Origin: TPA_inf: Saccharomyces
Taxonomy: Eukaryota
Direction: 5' to 3'
DNA: 64,000 bases
Assembly: GCA_000146045.2 (NCBI GenBank)
Contig: BK006949.2
Coordinates: forward strand, 96,001-160,000
Below the pieces are notes generated by a model. The model was not told the origin of the DNA. It saw nothing but the letters and a program-made list of their open reading frames with translations, and searched no databases. This document shows, piece by piece, positions 47,821 to 58,289 of the stretch (position 1 is its first letter; each line of letters begins with the position of its first letter). Position numbers and translations under genes: made by a program.

Positions 47821-50800
47821 ATGGTTCTGCTTAACAGAAGGAAAATACAACCTAAGGAAATAGGACAGTCTGCTGATTCCTTCTCTGAAACTCCATGGGT
47901 GATTAAAGAAAGTAGCGAGCGTATAAATGATTATGACAGTGATTTAAAAAAGCTAGATTTTTACAAAAGGGATATATTCACCTGTGAGATTAGTGGAAAA
48001 GATGGCCTTTCGTATTTCAAGGCGTTAAAAAGCGAAGAACAGCACCGTGAAAAGGTCAGATATCTTTTACCAAAAGAACTAAGGAAGGCTATAGCAAATT
48101 TCGCAAACTTCAGTCCGATAAGGAAGGTAGGACACCTTGTAGAAAGCGCATTTCAGCGTTTTAGTAACCGTTTCTTTATAGGCGATACGGTGTGCTTGAA
48201 AACTATCCAAAAAAATGCATTGATTACCTATAAAGAAGGAGAGCCTAACTTGGTAGAATCACCAACTATTGAAAACAATGTCACGTTGTTCCTTGTCAAG
48301 GATGTGTTTCAATCTAACGGGATGATGGAAAGTGAAAAGGGAGAAATTTCTGCCCCAAAATTGTCACTGTATTTAATCACAGAATGCCTGAATCGAGAAT
48401 CTAAAGGTGCGGCCCTAATTGTAGGCCAGAATGAAATTAAAAGGCCAGAATCACACTTTTCTAAATTCATAATTGCGTGTTTTCTTAATGAAATACTCAT
48501 AAAAGTATCGAATAAGGAGCACGCACCATGGAGGGTGAAACAAGAATATATAGAAAGATATGATGTAAACCCTAAATGCTCTCCTAATATGATTGATTAT
48601 TTGCCGGATAGAATGAACTCATCTTCTTCCGAGCTTTACACTCCTCTTACTATACCACCAGAGAGCGATGTTGAACCTGCTGACTGGAAGGAAACGTCGG
48701 AAACGTCGGAAACGTCGGAAACGTCACTATCTAAAATAAAAGCAATTGACGACGAGATTTCAGTCTCATTTGACCACATTTACGATAATGTGAACTCCCT
48801 TGCCTACAATGATTTGAAGGGAACCGTCGACGACAAGGAGCTTCCATTCACTGGGCCTTCGATACCATTTGAAAATATCAGCTACTTAGATAGCTCCTTA
48901 GAATATAAGAATATCGATCAAAAATGGTTCAAAGAGTGCAGTCAATTTCCAACGGAACGACTATTGGTTGTTTATCAATTCCTGAGCTTTTTTGGACGTT
49001 TTATTGGTCTATCACATTTTAATTTTGATCAGTTCCTTACTACTATCAAGTGTACTAGTCCGGAGGCTTTAGTAGATGAATATGTCAAAATAAACTTTCT
49101 TAAAACTTACAACAGCAAAGGGAGTTTCACAAATGAGAAGCCAAGAAACGAAATATATAATCAAGTGACCAGTAGTAACGTATCCCAGCGTGAGAAGGCT
49201 AACGTCTTTAATGCAGATGAGAGTCAACGAATACCTAGCAATTTCACCAGAAACCAGAAAATGAGGAAATTTATAACGGATAAAAGTACTGAATTTGTAA
49301 TGTATTCCATTTTTAAAGGGAAGCCTCTAAAAAATGACGATATGGAGTTTCAATCGTACGAAAAAGTGAATATACTTTACATTGATATAGTTTGCTCGTT
49401 AATGTGTCTGATGACGGATAATGAACCTGATTGGAATTGTAATCTGATGGACAATTGGACTGAAGAAAAGCGAAAGGAGGAAGGAAATAAAACAGAAATT
49501 GATATAGCTATAGAAAAGTGTTTGAACTATGGAGATACTAGCTGGGTTAAACTTTTGCACAATAAAAACTTTAGCAACGGCAATTGGTTGATCTGTCTCC
49601 TTGGAATCTTGCAACAGAATACACATATGATAGCATATAGTGATGTCGCAAAATGTATCACAAAAAAAATACTACCTTTATCCATGAATTTTGTAAATTT
49701 AGGTGATGAGCTCTGGGATAACTTTCGCAAGAGATTATCTATAAAAGATAAAATTGATGTTTTATGGGTTCTCGTAGATTTTGCGTCCAATTTCTCGAGT
49801 TATATTAAGGAGTTGGTAGATAAAGTACCAAAACTGTGCAATGGAATCCGCTTAAAGTTGGATAGTGCAAAAAAAGAGTATATCAAATTGAAACGGCAAC
49901 TAAAAACGTTAACCAAAAATCGCGTGAAGCTTCACAGCAACGTTTCAATGAACCGATATGGATCAGATGAATGTAAAGGTAAGGTCAATGCCCTTAAAGT
50001 GAAAATTGCATACTTAATGGAAGATATCGCCTTCCTAGAGGCAAAATTGATTCAGAGCGATATCAAGAGACTAGAGATTTTGGGTAAAGATAGAAATGGA
50101 AATCGATATTATTGGATGGACTCAAATGGATCGTCATCAGCCATCAGTGAAAAAAATGAGGAACTTTACAACTGCTGTTTTTTGTGGGTTCAAGGACCCT
50201 CTGAAGCGGATATAAACTTTTGCTTAGATGTCGACGTCGAATCTTTGAAAAAATGGGAGTTGTTAGCTAAAGCAAAAGGTACTGCCTACGCGACAAAAGA
50301 AGTCTTTTCAATATTTAGGTCGACAGACGGGTCTTACTATCAAATTGCTCAAGGTGAGAATTTCATGATAATTAATTCAAACGGTATCTTAATGAGGCCA
50401 ACTATTCCGGCATTCATAGACAAAAAAATTATATCAGAAACTCCAGAAAAGCTCCTACTCTCTCATCATCAATGGGCTTTCTTCAACGATATAGAAGATA
50501 TACATATGTTAGTAGATAGGTTGGATGATTTAAGAGAAAATGAGGGACAATTGAAGAAAGCTTTGACATCCAAAATGGACCGTATTGAAGTATCATACAA
50601 GCAACAGTTCAAAATTAAAAGGCGTATTGAATGTGATGAAACCTTCAAAAAAAATCACAAACTTTTGAAAAATAACGAGTTCACGTTTCCTGAACTGAAA
50701 AGAATTGAGACAACTTGTACATCCAACGGCCAACATTTTTCCAACATGGAGAAAATTTCCAAAAAACTATCAAGGACAAAGAATGATCTCGTTTTGGAAG

Positions 50801-51129
50801 CGATTTTAAAAGACGTAGCTCACCTTGGAGAATGTGAAAGAGCACTTCTCAAAAAGCAACAAAATTTGATTTATCCTTTGAATTTTCATTTCGAACAATT
50901 GAGGACGATAGACCTCGAATTTATAGTTGAAACGAAAAGAAAAAGGCAAGAGGATATTCTTACGAAGCTTTTAAATCATCAGAGGTATAAGCATATTAGT
51001 CATGTTTCAGGCTATGGGATAAGTTCTCAACGAGTAGATAAAGCTGCACATCTTGATGTGCAGGGTATATTAGAGGAGATTGAATGTCAACTTATTTCAA
51101 GACGACGAGAGGATGAAGAACGCAACTAG
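47821..51129 (+). CDS. Uncharacterised nuclear protein, Itc1-like (WAC/DDT-type chromatin-remodeller accessory subunit; 1102 aa)
   Basis: 1102-aa ORF at the YPL216W position with an N-terminal WAC-like region. Confidence 0.82.
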   Translation: MVLLNRRKIQPKEIGQSADSFSETPWVIKESSERINDYDSDLKKLDFYKRDIFTCEISGKDGLSYFKALKSEEQHREKVRYLLPKELRKAIANFANFSPIRKVGHLVESAFQRFSNRFFIGDTVCLKTIQKNALITYKEGEPNLVESPTIENNVTLFLVKDVFQSNGMMESEKGEISAPKLSLYLITECLNRESKGAALIVGQNEIKRPESHFSKFIIACFLNEILIKVSNKEHAPWRVKQEYIERYDVNPKCSPNMIDYLPDRMNSSSSELYTPLTIPPESDVEPADWKETSETSETSETSLSKIKAIDDEISVSFDHIYDNVNSLAYNDLKGTVDDKELPFTGPSIPFENISYLDSSLEYKNIDQKWFKECSQFPTERLLVVYQFLSFFGRFIGLSHFNFDQFLTTIKCTSPEALVDEYVKINFLKTYNSKGSFTNEKPRNEIYNQVTSSNVSQREKANVFNADESQRIPSNFTRNQKMRKFITDKSTEFVMYSIFKGKPLKNDDMEFQSYEKVNILYIDIVCSLMCLMTDNEPDWNCNLMDNWTEEKRKEEGNKTEIDIAIEKCLNYGDTSWVKLLHNKNFSNGNWLICLLGILQQNTHMIAYSDVAKCITKKILPLSMNFVNLGDELWDNFRKRLSIKDKIDVLWVLVDFASNFSSYIKELVDKVPKLCNGIRLKLDSAKKEYIKLKRQLKTLTKNRVKLHSNVSMNRYGSDECKGKVNALKVKIAYLMEDIAFLEAKLIQSDIKRLEILGKDRNGNRYYWMDSNGSSSAISEKNEELYNCCFLWVQGPSEADINFCLDVDVESLKKWELLAKAKGTAYATKEVFSIFRSTDGSYYQIAQGENFMIINSNGILMRPTIPAFIDKKIISETPEKLLLSHHQWAFFNDIEDIHMLVDRLDDLRENEGQLKKALTSKMDRIEVSYKQQFKIKRRIECDETFKKNHKLLKNNEFTFPELKRIETTCTSNGQHFSNMEKISKKLSRTKNDLVLEAILKDVAHLGECERALLKKQQNLIYPLNFHFEQLRTIDLEFIVETKRKRQEDILTKLLNHQRYKHISHVSGYGISSQRVDKAAHLDVQGILEEIECQLISRRREDEERN
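48691..48726 (+). repeat. Perfect 9-bp tandem repeat (GAAACGTCG x3 plus GAAACGTCA) encoding (ETS)4 inside YPL216W
   Basis: ggaaacgtcggaaacgtcggaaacgtcggaaacgtca. Confidence 0.9.
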
Positions 51130-51415
51130 AAACAACTCTGCAGTTCAAATCACTCTTCCTGTATACGCCTTAGAAAGATATTAGAAATATCTTTTACTAT
51201 TTAATCTTCACCATTCATTATTCCTCGTATATAAATTGGCCCATTTCAGGGCGTCTGACTGGAGTTGTATTTAGGCTTTACCCGGCGTTCTTCTGAATTT
51301 ATAGCCAGCAAGGAAAACAACGTCAAAATTGGTCCTCGACTGACGCATTAGTAAGATTAATATTTAGCAAACACTATGATCTCCGTAACAATCTCTTCAG
51401 CTATTCCAACACTTG

Positions 51416-52423
51416 ATGATGTCAGTCAATAGATTTACTTCAGGTCGACTCCCTGTTTTCCTTAGAAAGTCCCCTTTTTACTACTCGAGAGCTTATTTGC
51501 ATCAAACATGTGTTTTCAAGCAAAATAAAGAAACTGCACAAGATTCGCCAGAGCTTTTAGCAAAAAGCTCACATCTGAATTCGAAACCACTAGATGTAAG
51601 CAATAAAGCACCAGTGAAAACTGCTCAGAATAAAATTCCTCTAGCTCATAGTAAATATGAATCGTCAAAGTACGAACTTCCCAAATGGAAAGAAGCCTTG
51701 GGTGAACTAGTAATTCGAGCATTTCATTTAGATATGGATAGAGTGAGGGCAGGGCCCGTTGCAGGATCTTACTATTATAAAATTTGTAAAGAGCAAGGTT
51801 TACAATACGAGGACGAGCCATTATCAGAAACTGCTAAATACTTTTACGAGGATTTGAAGCTACCACGTACTTTTTCACAATGGTTTCAAATCACTGTATT
51901 GCACGAGTGGATACTTTTTGTACGTATGAGAGCCATGCCTTTCAAATACGGCAGAAACTATCAGCAGAAATTGGTAGATAGAACATTTTCTGACATTGAG
52001 CTGAGATTATTCGAGGAAATGAAAGTTAATTCTGGTAGAATCGCAGATCAATATTTGAAAGATTTCAATACGCAATTAAGAGGAGCGATATTTGCATATG
52101 ATGAAGGATTTGCTACAGATGATGGTACACTTGCGACAGCTGTCTGGAGAAATCTTTTTGGTGGAAGAAAGAACATTGATATGGTTCATTTAGAGTCTGT
52201 TGTGAGATACATTTATTCTCAACTATATGTTCTAAGCAGGTTATCAGACAGAGAGTTTGCCACAGGTAAATTCAAGTTTGTTCCTCCTGGGGTGAAGGTC
52301 GAAAAACTGACACCAAAGCAAGAGGAAGAGTTGAAGGCCAAGACCATTGCAAAATATGAAGCTCTAGACAAGGATCCTAAAACCTTACCAAGCGAGAGAA
52401 GTAGGCTGTCATATACAAACTAA
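51416..52423 (+). CDS. CBP3: Mitochondrial cytochrome b translation and assembly factor (335 aa)
   Basis: Ubiquinol-cytochrome c chaperone domain. The ORF begins MMMSVNRF; I chose the second ATG to give the 335-aa length I recall, and the first ATG (51413) is equally possible. Confidence 0.82.
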   Translation: MMSVNRFTSGRLPVFLRKSPFYYSRAYLHQTCVFKQNKETAQDSPELLAKSSHLNSKPLDVSNKAPVKTAQNKIPLAHSKYESSKYELPKWKEALGELVIRAFHLDMDRVRAGPVAGSYYYKICKEQGLQYEDEPLSETAKYFYEDLKLPRTFSQWFQITVLHEWILFVRMRAMPFKYGRNYQQKLVDRTFSDIELRLFEEMKVNSGRIADQYLKDFNTQLRGAIFAYDEGFATDDGTLATAVWRNLFGGRKNIDMVHLESVVRYIYSQLYVLSRLSDREFATGKFKFVPPGVKVEKLTPKQEEELKAKTIAKYEALDKDPKTLPSERSRLSYTN

Positions 52424-52568
52424 ACGAGCTAGTTTGTAACTTCAAAACTTATGAAAACACTTATTTATTCTTCAGATACTATCCGCACAAATTCCTTAAG
52501 TTTTTTCCAATTTTTTGGGCTTTCTTCCTTATTTAATCAGTTTATAAAATCATTACGTTGTAAATAGT

Positions 52569-54191
52569 TTATTTGAATTTCTTCAAAGAAGCGGACCACT
52601 TTTCTGGTTTATTTTCATGGAATAATTGATATAATGCGTCAATCAATTCGACATGGAATGAACCACTTCCTTGACAACGGGTGGAAGCCAACTTACCAGC
52701 TGATTTGTATAATAGGACAGCACCAACCACAGCATCAAACAGTTTTCCAGTGGAATCTAACCCACCGATAAAGGAAGCAATTGTAGAACCAAGTGAACAT
52801 CCACTTGCAGTGATGTCACCCATGATAGGAATTGGGCCATCTTCAATTATTACACATGGAAGATCTTCAGCGGTTATTCCTTCTGTTCCTGATGAAAGTT
52901 TGTATTCGCCTCCAAAAGTACCATCAGCAACGCAATCAAACTCACCCGTGCAAACAGCAACAGTCCTGTATTGGAATGCCACAATTTGTGTAGCGCGCAC
53001 AAGTGTGTCGATGTTCGTTTTGCCGCTGCTAGAGTCGACGCCCTTCATTTTATGGTTATTTAACTTGGCTAGAGACAGTATTTCACTGCAATTGCCCTTT
53101 ATACAAGCAAATTGGCCGTAAGTGAGCAAAGTGTTGTTTAGACAGAGCCTTGTTTCAGTGGCGCTGTACCCGACCGGGTCAAAGGTGATGGGTCTATTTA
53201 CTTCATTATAAGCATTAATTGCGGCTTTTAGCATTTCAATAGGTGCCACTGATCCGGTATTTAACAGTAAAGAAGCATTTGGGATTCTTGCTAGTTCAGA
53301 TACTTCACTTTCAATTTCAGACATGATAGGAGATGAGCCTAAAGCTAGAGTGACATTGGCACCAAAATTTTGATGAACCTTATTGGTGATATGTTGCACT
53401 AATGGACGATTGTTTGATACTTGAGATATAACGTTTTGAATTGAAGTTGTGGTCGGAAATGTATTATTTAACTCGCACTCAACAAATTGGTATCTGGTAG
53501 CATCTAACAAGCCTCTCAACCTCTTGGTTGCTGCACATGCATCTGGAGCGGCCATAATATCGCTGACTAGAGAGATACCATCCAACGATCTCTTTCCATT
53601 TGAAGCAACACATTGACAAAGCACACGTTGAATATTGTCAGGATGAAGACCACCAATACCAACGGTTCTACACCATGTAGCTTTAAATTCCTCCAAAGCA
53701 TCCAAAATGGCAATGGCGCCTTGAGGACCCATGGGTGATTTCTTAGGATTTTTCTTTGTTGATGTAGGGAAAAGAGTACCAACACCAATATAATCTACCA
53801 TATCTGGCCCCCATTTAGCCAATGTCTCTACCTCCGAAGGTTTACCAACACTCCATCCAAGAATTTTAGAAGGGCCCAAAAGTTTTCTTACCATTGGGAT
53901 TGGCATATCGTCCTGGCCCACATGAACCCCATCGGCGTCAATTGCCATAGCGACGTCTATACGGTCATTGATAATAAGTGGAACATTGTACTTCTTACAT
54001 ATTTTTTGAACTTCTAAAGCCTCTGCAACGAAATTTTTTGTTTCAATATCCTTTTCACGGATTTGAACTAGCGTTACACCATTTTTCAACCCAGCTTCAA
54101 CCTGAGAACATAAAGTAGTTCCCGGTGGAAGCATGGTAGAATCTGTAACCAGATATAATGAGTAATCAACTTCTTCCTTAGTAAATACCAT
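52569..54191 (-). CDS. THI6: Bifunctional thiamine-phosphate synthase / hydroxyethylthiazole kinase (540 aa)
   Basis: An N-terminal TMP-synthase (ThiE) half and a C-terminal ThiM kinase half. The open frame continues 28 codons upstream to an ATG at 54275; I chose the start MVFTKEEVDYSLYLVTD that gives the 540-aa length I recall. Confidence 0.85.
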   Translation of the reverse strand: MVFTKEEVDYSLYLVTDSTMLPPGTTLCSQVEAGLKNGVTLVQIREKDIETKNFVAEALEVQKICKKYNVPLIINDRIDVAMAIDADGVHVGQDDMPIPMVRKLLGPSKILGWSVGKPSEVETLAKWGPDMVDYIGVGTLFPTSTKKNPKKSPMGPQGAIAILDALEEFKATWCRTVGIGGLHPDNIQRVLCQCVASNGKRSLDGISLVSDIMAAPDACAATKRLRGLLDATRYQFVECELNNTFPTTTSIQNVISQVSNNRPLVQHITNKVHQNFGANVTLALGSSPIMSEIESEVSELARIPNASLLLNTGSVAPIEMLKAAINAYNEVNRPITFDPVGYSATETRLCLNNTLLTYGQFACIKGNCSEILSLAKLNNHKMKGVDSSSGKTNIDTLVRATQIVAFQYRTVAVCTGEFDCVADGTFGGEYKLSSGTEGITAEDLPCVIIEDGPIPIMGDITASGCSLGSTIASFIGGLDSTGKLFDAVVGAVLLYKSAGKLASTRCQGSGSFHVELIDALYQLFHENKPEKWSASLKKFK

Positions 54192-54613
54192 TTCCGCTGT
54201 TTGATTTAAATAATTTAGCTTCAGAGTGATTTGGTCTTGAGAACCATGGTTAGATCGAAAACTAGGCGCTTCCACAAGTAAATGGATGCGTTGCCGCTAT
54301 AAATATATGTAGTATTGATTTTGTTACACCTGCTAAATAGGTTCTTACGATTGCCTTTTTCCTATAATATGCATAAATTATGTTGCCCTAAAAGAGTGAA
54401 ATAAACCTTATCTATCTTTTTTTTGTTCCTGGTTTTCAAAGTTGATTTTCGACAGACCCTAGTTAATTATAGGAAAAAGCCCTATTAGTCTTTTTCTTAT
54501 CATAGATGACATTTACTTATATTAGGCCAATCGCATACTCTGCATCCAACAAGCCTTCAACAGGTCGAAGTGAAACTACAGGACTTGGAAAATATCAGTT
54601 TTTATAAGCAATA

Positions 54614-55330
54614 ATGAAGTTCACCCCTAGCATAGTTATTGATGCTCCGCAATATTATGTTGATCATTTTAATGGCAAGTATAACGTGGATAAATGTGTT
54701 ATTTTAAGAGACCTGCAGCTAGAAACGGATTCAGAATCCATGCCATCCAGCTTAAAGCATTTGACCAAACCTACGCACATCTTGGATTTGACAAACAATG
54801 ACCTTATCATGATTCCAGATCTATCAAGAAGAGACGATATACATACATTACTGTTGGGCCGAAACAATATCGTTGAAGTAGACGGTCGCCTATTGCCTAT
54901 GAATGTACAGAACCTTACATTATCGAATAACAGCATAAGAAGGTTTGAAGATCTTCAAAGGTTGCGTAGAGCGCCCAGGACGTTGAAGAATCTAACTTTA
55001 ATAGGGAATCAAGTATGTCATTTAGCCAATTATAGAGAACATGTACTTCGATTAGTACCGCATTTAGAGACTTTAGACTTTCAAAACGTAACAGCTGAGG
55101 AAAGAAAGAGCGCAATGAGCTTTCCAAGGCAGGCGGACGGCGATACGTTGGGCCCAGTAAATACTGCAATAAGAGATAATGGATCCAGAGATAAAACGAT
55201 GGAGATCATGAATTTGGTGGTGAGTAAGATGACAGTAGAGAGAAGAAATGAATTGAAAAAGCAGTTAGCAGAAGCTACTTCTTTAGAAGAGATTGCCAGG
55301 CTGGAAAAACTACTCTCTGGTGGTGTTTAA
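54614..55330 (+). CDS. LEA1: U2 snRNP A' protein (leucine-rich repeats; 238 aa)
   Basis: LRR units (LDLTNNDLIMIPDLS; LLLGRNNIVEV; LTLSNNSIRRFEDL; LTLIGNQVCHL). Confidence 0.85.
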   Translation: MKFTPSIVIDAPQYYVDHFNGKYNVDKCVILRDLQLETDSESMPSSLKHLTKPTHILDLTNNDLIMIPDLSRRDDIHTLLLGRNNIVEVDGRLLPMNVQNLTLSNNSIRRFEDLQRLRRAPRTLKNLTLIGNQVCHLANYREHVLRLVPHLETLDFQNVTAEERKSAMSFPRQADGDTLGPVNTAIRDNGSRDKTMEIMNLVVSKMTVERRNELKKQLAEATSLEEIARLEKLLSGGV

Positions 55331-55514
55331 TCTTTTGGTTAGTGCGACTGTTCAATGACTTAAAAAAAAAGAATTATAAATTATTCTGTGCCATTATATA
55401 ATAATATATAAAACGAAAACAAATAATGGTGCTCTATAAACATTAGAGGACAATGTCAATTTCAATGTCAATGCCTTAGAAATTAAAGTTGGTAAGAAAG
55501 AAGGAAAGGGCAAC

Positions 55515-57149
55515 CTAATTAGCTGCCGCTTCCGGTTGTACTTCAGGTTCGTTGCTCTGAGTGGTGCTGGATATTTCAGCCTTTTTACTAGCAGCTTCCT
55601 CCTCTTCCATTCTTTTTCTTTGCTTAATCTTCTTATTGCTCTCGGGCGCATCAGTAAGACCTGGGATACCCTTAGCTGTCAAGAATTCGAAGATACTCTT
55701 TTGCACAGCAGGTCCCGATTTATCGGCAGTTTCTTCTCCCTGTGCTCCAGTAACCTTGTTGAAACTATCAATATAACTAAAGAACGCATTAAAAACATTT
55801 TCGTCCACCTCTTCCTTGTAGATCTTATCGTAGATATGCTTCATTTTGAACTTATCCACTTCGTCTTGATATTTGGAAAAATCGATCGCCTTGTAACCAA
55901 ACTGTTCTAGTCTTTTATTATAACCTTCAAATACTGGAGCTTCTAACAATAATCCTAATGCAGGTGCCTTCGGAATATTAATCTTCTGCTGTCCGTAAGC
56001 CTGACTAATGCGTTCGACGGGGCAACCACAACGGGTAATTAAGGTTGCCATTGATACCATCTTACGAATTTGATGTAGCATGAAAGACTGGCCGTGAATC
56101 TTGATGGAAATCCATTCTGTTTGGGCATCGCCAATAACAAATGGATCAGATACTTTTATATCTTTCATAAATCGAATGGCACTTGGTTCTTTGAAGTCCT
56201 TGCCTAATGTAAAATTATGGAAGTTATGAGCGCCAAGGTATTGACTTGTAGAAGCACGGAATTTGGCCAGTTTTGCCGCGGATATACGATATCTTCTACG
56301 GTGAGCATTTTCTAATTGCTTGTACTTTTTTACCTTCTGGTATAGTTCTTCATTTATATCAAATTCATCTCTTGCGGGCGGAACATATGCTAATATAGCT
56401 TCGATTTCTTCTGTTGAAAATTTTTCATTCGCATCTTTTTTAAACTCTTCCCAAAATTCTTTGGATTCCAAATCTTCATCTAATACACCAGGTAATTCTG
56501 TTTTACTTTCTTCGATGTCTCTATAAAGTATAGAACCAGGTTTGGGGCCAATGAGTGAATAAGTTGGTAATAAGTATTCGTACCAACGTGAACTGCACAT
56601 TTTTCTACAATCAAACGCCTTGTTCACACGCTCGATATCCCATACCCTTATCCCTTCCGGTAACTTTTCGTTGATCTTCTGCTTGATATCAGGATCTTCA
56701 ATAATCATTTTCAATGATATTAAATTACCTCCAGCATGGACACCCTTATCAGTTCTTGCAGCTCTCATGAATCCATTCTTTTTCAAATCGTTGGAGTTGT
56801 CCTTGGAAATAGCACCTGCTTCAACAAATGCTTTGAATAGGGCAGACTCGATGGTTGGATTTGGTGGATTATATTGCATACCATGGTAGCCAGTACCACA
56901 GTAACCAACCATAACAGCCACCTTTCTCTTTGGGAGACGAGGCTCCTTGGGAAGTGGATTGCCATTTTCATCCAAACGAGGACCGCTTTTTGGTCTTTTA
57001 TCTATGTGTTTGTCATTATCCTTTTTTTTGTCCTTTTCATCGTCGAAGTCTGCCTTACGAGCTTTGGTCAATTTGCTCTGAGCGCCTCTCTTGTAGACAT
57101 CCTCATTAACTTGATCGTCATAGGCAGGCCTCAAATTCTCTTCAGACAT
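55515..57149 (-). CDS. PUS1: tRNA/U2 snRNA pseudouridine synthase (544 aa)
   Basis: TruA-family core (…VAVMVGYCGTGYHGMQ…RTDKGVHA…). The open frame starts 4 codons earlier (MISRMSEEN); the annotated-length start is MSEENLRPAYDD. Confidence 0.88.
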   Translation of the reverse strand: MSEENLRPAYDDQVNEDVYKRGAQSKLTKARKADFDDEKDKKKDNDKHIDKRPKSGPRLDENGNPLPKEPRLPKRKVAVMVGYCGTGYHGMQYNPPNPTIESALFKAFVEAGAISKDNSNDLKKNGFMRAARTDKGVHAGGNLISLKMIIEDPDIKQKINEKLPEGIRVWDIERVNKAFDCRKMCSSRWYEYLLPTYSLIGPKPGSILYRDIEESKTELPGVLDEDLESKEFWEEFKKDANEKFSTEEIEAILAYVPPARDEFDINEELYQKVKKYKQLENAHRRRYRISAAKLAKFRASTSQYLGAHNFHNFTLGKDFKEPSAIRFMKDIKVSDPFVIGDAQTEWISIKIHGQSFMLHQIRKMVSMATLITRCGCPVERISQAYGQQKINIPKAPALGLLLEAPVFEGYNKRLEQFGYKAIDFSKYQDEVDKFKMKHIYDKIYKEEVDENVFNAFFSYIDSFNKVTGAQGEETADKSGPAVQKSIFEFLTAKGIPGLTDAPESNKKIKQRKRMEEEEAASKKAEISSTTQSNEPEVQPEAAAN

Positions 57150-57355
57150 CCTTGATATCACTTATAATTGTTATTTACTAGCACTTTATTGTCCTTTATT
57201 ATTTTTTTAGTACTTCTTGTATTTCAAATTTCTCGAACTATAGCGATGACTAAAAGTGAAAAATTTCAAAGCCAAAAGAAAAAAAAAAAAAGAAAATATT
57301 ATTTCAGCGGCTAATAGTTACCCGCATCAAAATAATATATCTCTGTACGGTAATG

Positions 57356-57379
57356 AAAATTTTTGAAATATGCGATGAG
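57356..57379 (+). promoter_or_regulatory. NIP7: RRPE (AAAATTTTT, 57356-57364) plus PAC (GCGATGAG, 57372-57379) module in the divergent PUS1-NIP7 promoter
   Basis: Both motifs are exact, 7 nt apart, about 115-140 nt upstream of the NIP7 ATG with RRPE distal to PAC. An A-rich tract (aaaagaaaaaaaaaaaaaagaaaa) lies at 57277-57300. Confidence 0.6.
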
Positions 57380-57494
57380 CTTAGAACTAAAGTAAGCAAT
57401 GTATTATTGAGGTAATTGACGGTTTAGTGATTGGATCGTATTCTAGATTTCCGAGTAGTAGAACCATTGAGGGAAACTATAGTTAGGTGCAATA

Positions 57495-58040
57495 ATGAGA
57501 CAGCTAACAGAAGAAGAGACCAAGGTTGTTTTCGAAAAACTCGCCGGCTATATTGGTAGAAATATTTCTTTTTTAGTGGATAATAAAGAACTTCCTCATG
57601 TCTTCAGATTACAAAAGGATAGAGTATATTACGTACCCGATCATGTTGCAAAATTGGCTACTAGTGTAGCAAGACCTAACTTGATGTCTCTGGGTATTTG
57701 TTTAGGTAAATTCACGAAAACTGGAAAATTCAGGTTACATATTACTTCTTTGACAGTATTGGCTAAGCATGCCAAATATAAGATATGGATTAAACCTAAT
57801 GGGGAGATGCCATTCTTATACGGTAATCATGTGTTAAAGGCACATGTGGGTAAAATGTCTGATGATATACCAGAACACGCCGGTGTTATTGTGTTTGCAA
57901 TGAATGATGTGCCATTAGGGTTCGGTGTCAGTGCGAAAAGTACTTCTGAGTCAAGAAACATGCAACCCACTGGTATAGTTGCTTTCAGACAAGCAGATAT
58001 TGGTGAGTATTTGAGAGATGAAGACACCTTGTTTACTTAG
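57495..58040 (+). CDS. NIP7: 60S ribosomal subunit biogenesis factor with a PUA domain (181 aa)
   Basis: 181-aa ORF starting MRQLTEEETKVVFEKLAGYIG, with a C-terminal PUA domain. Confidence 0.93.
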   Translation: MRQLTEEETKVVFEKLAGYIGRNISFLVDNKELPHVFRLQKDRVYYVPDHVAKLATSVARPNLMSLGICLGKFTKTGKFRLHITSLTVLAKHAKYKIWIKPNGEMPFLYGNHVLKAHVGKMSDDIPEHAGVIVFAMNDVPLGFGVSAKSTSESRNMQPTGIVAFRQADIGEYLRDEDTLFT

Positions 58041-58289
58041 TGGGAAGGACTGATGATGAATTCCCGTGTACATTTCACTTACAGCTTGCGTTATCTCTCA
58101 CAATGTATTTTTTTCTGTATAATAAAGAATCATATAATTAGCGCTTAAAAGGAAAGAGTTGTTCGATAAAATGGGGAGCCTAACCCCTCGATGACCTTTC
58201 TTTTGAATTAGTCGAGTTCCATTTCATATACAATATTACATAACTTGACAACATTTGAGGATTACTAATGACAAAAATCTTTATACGCT

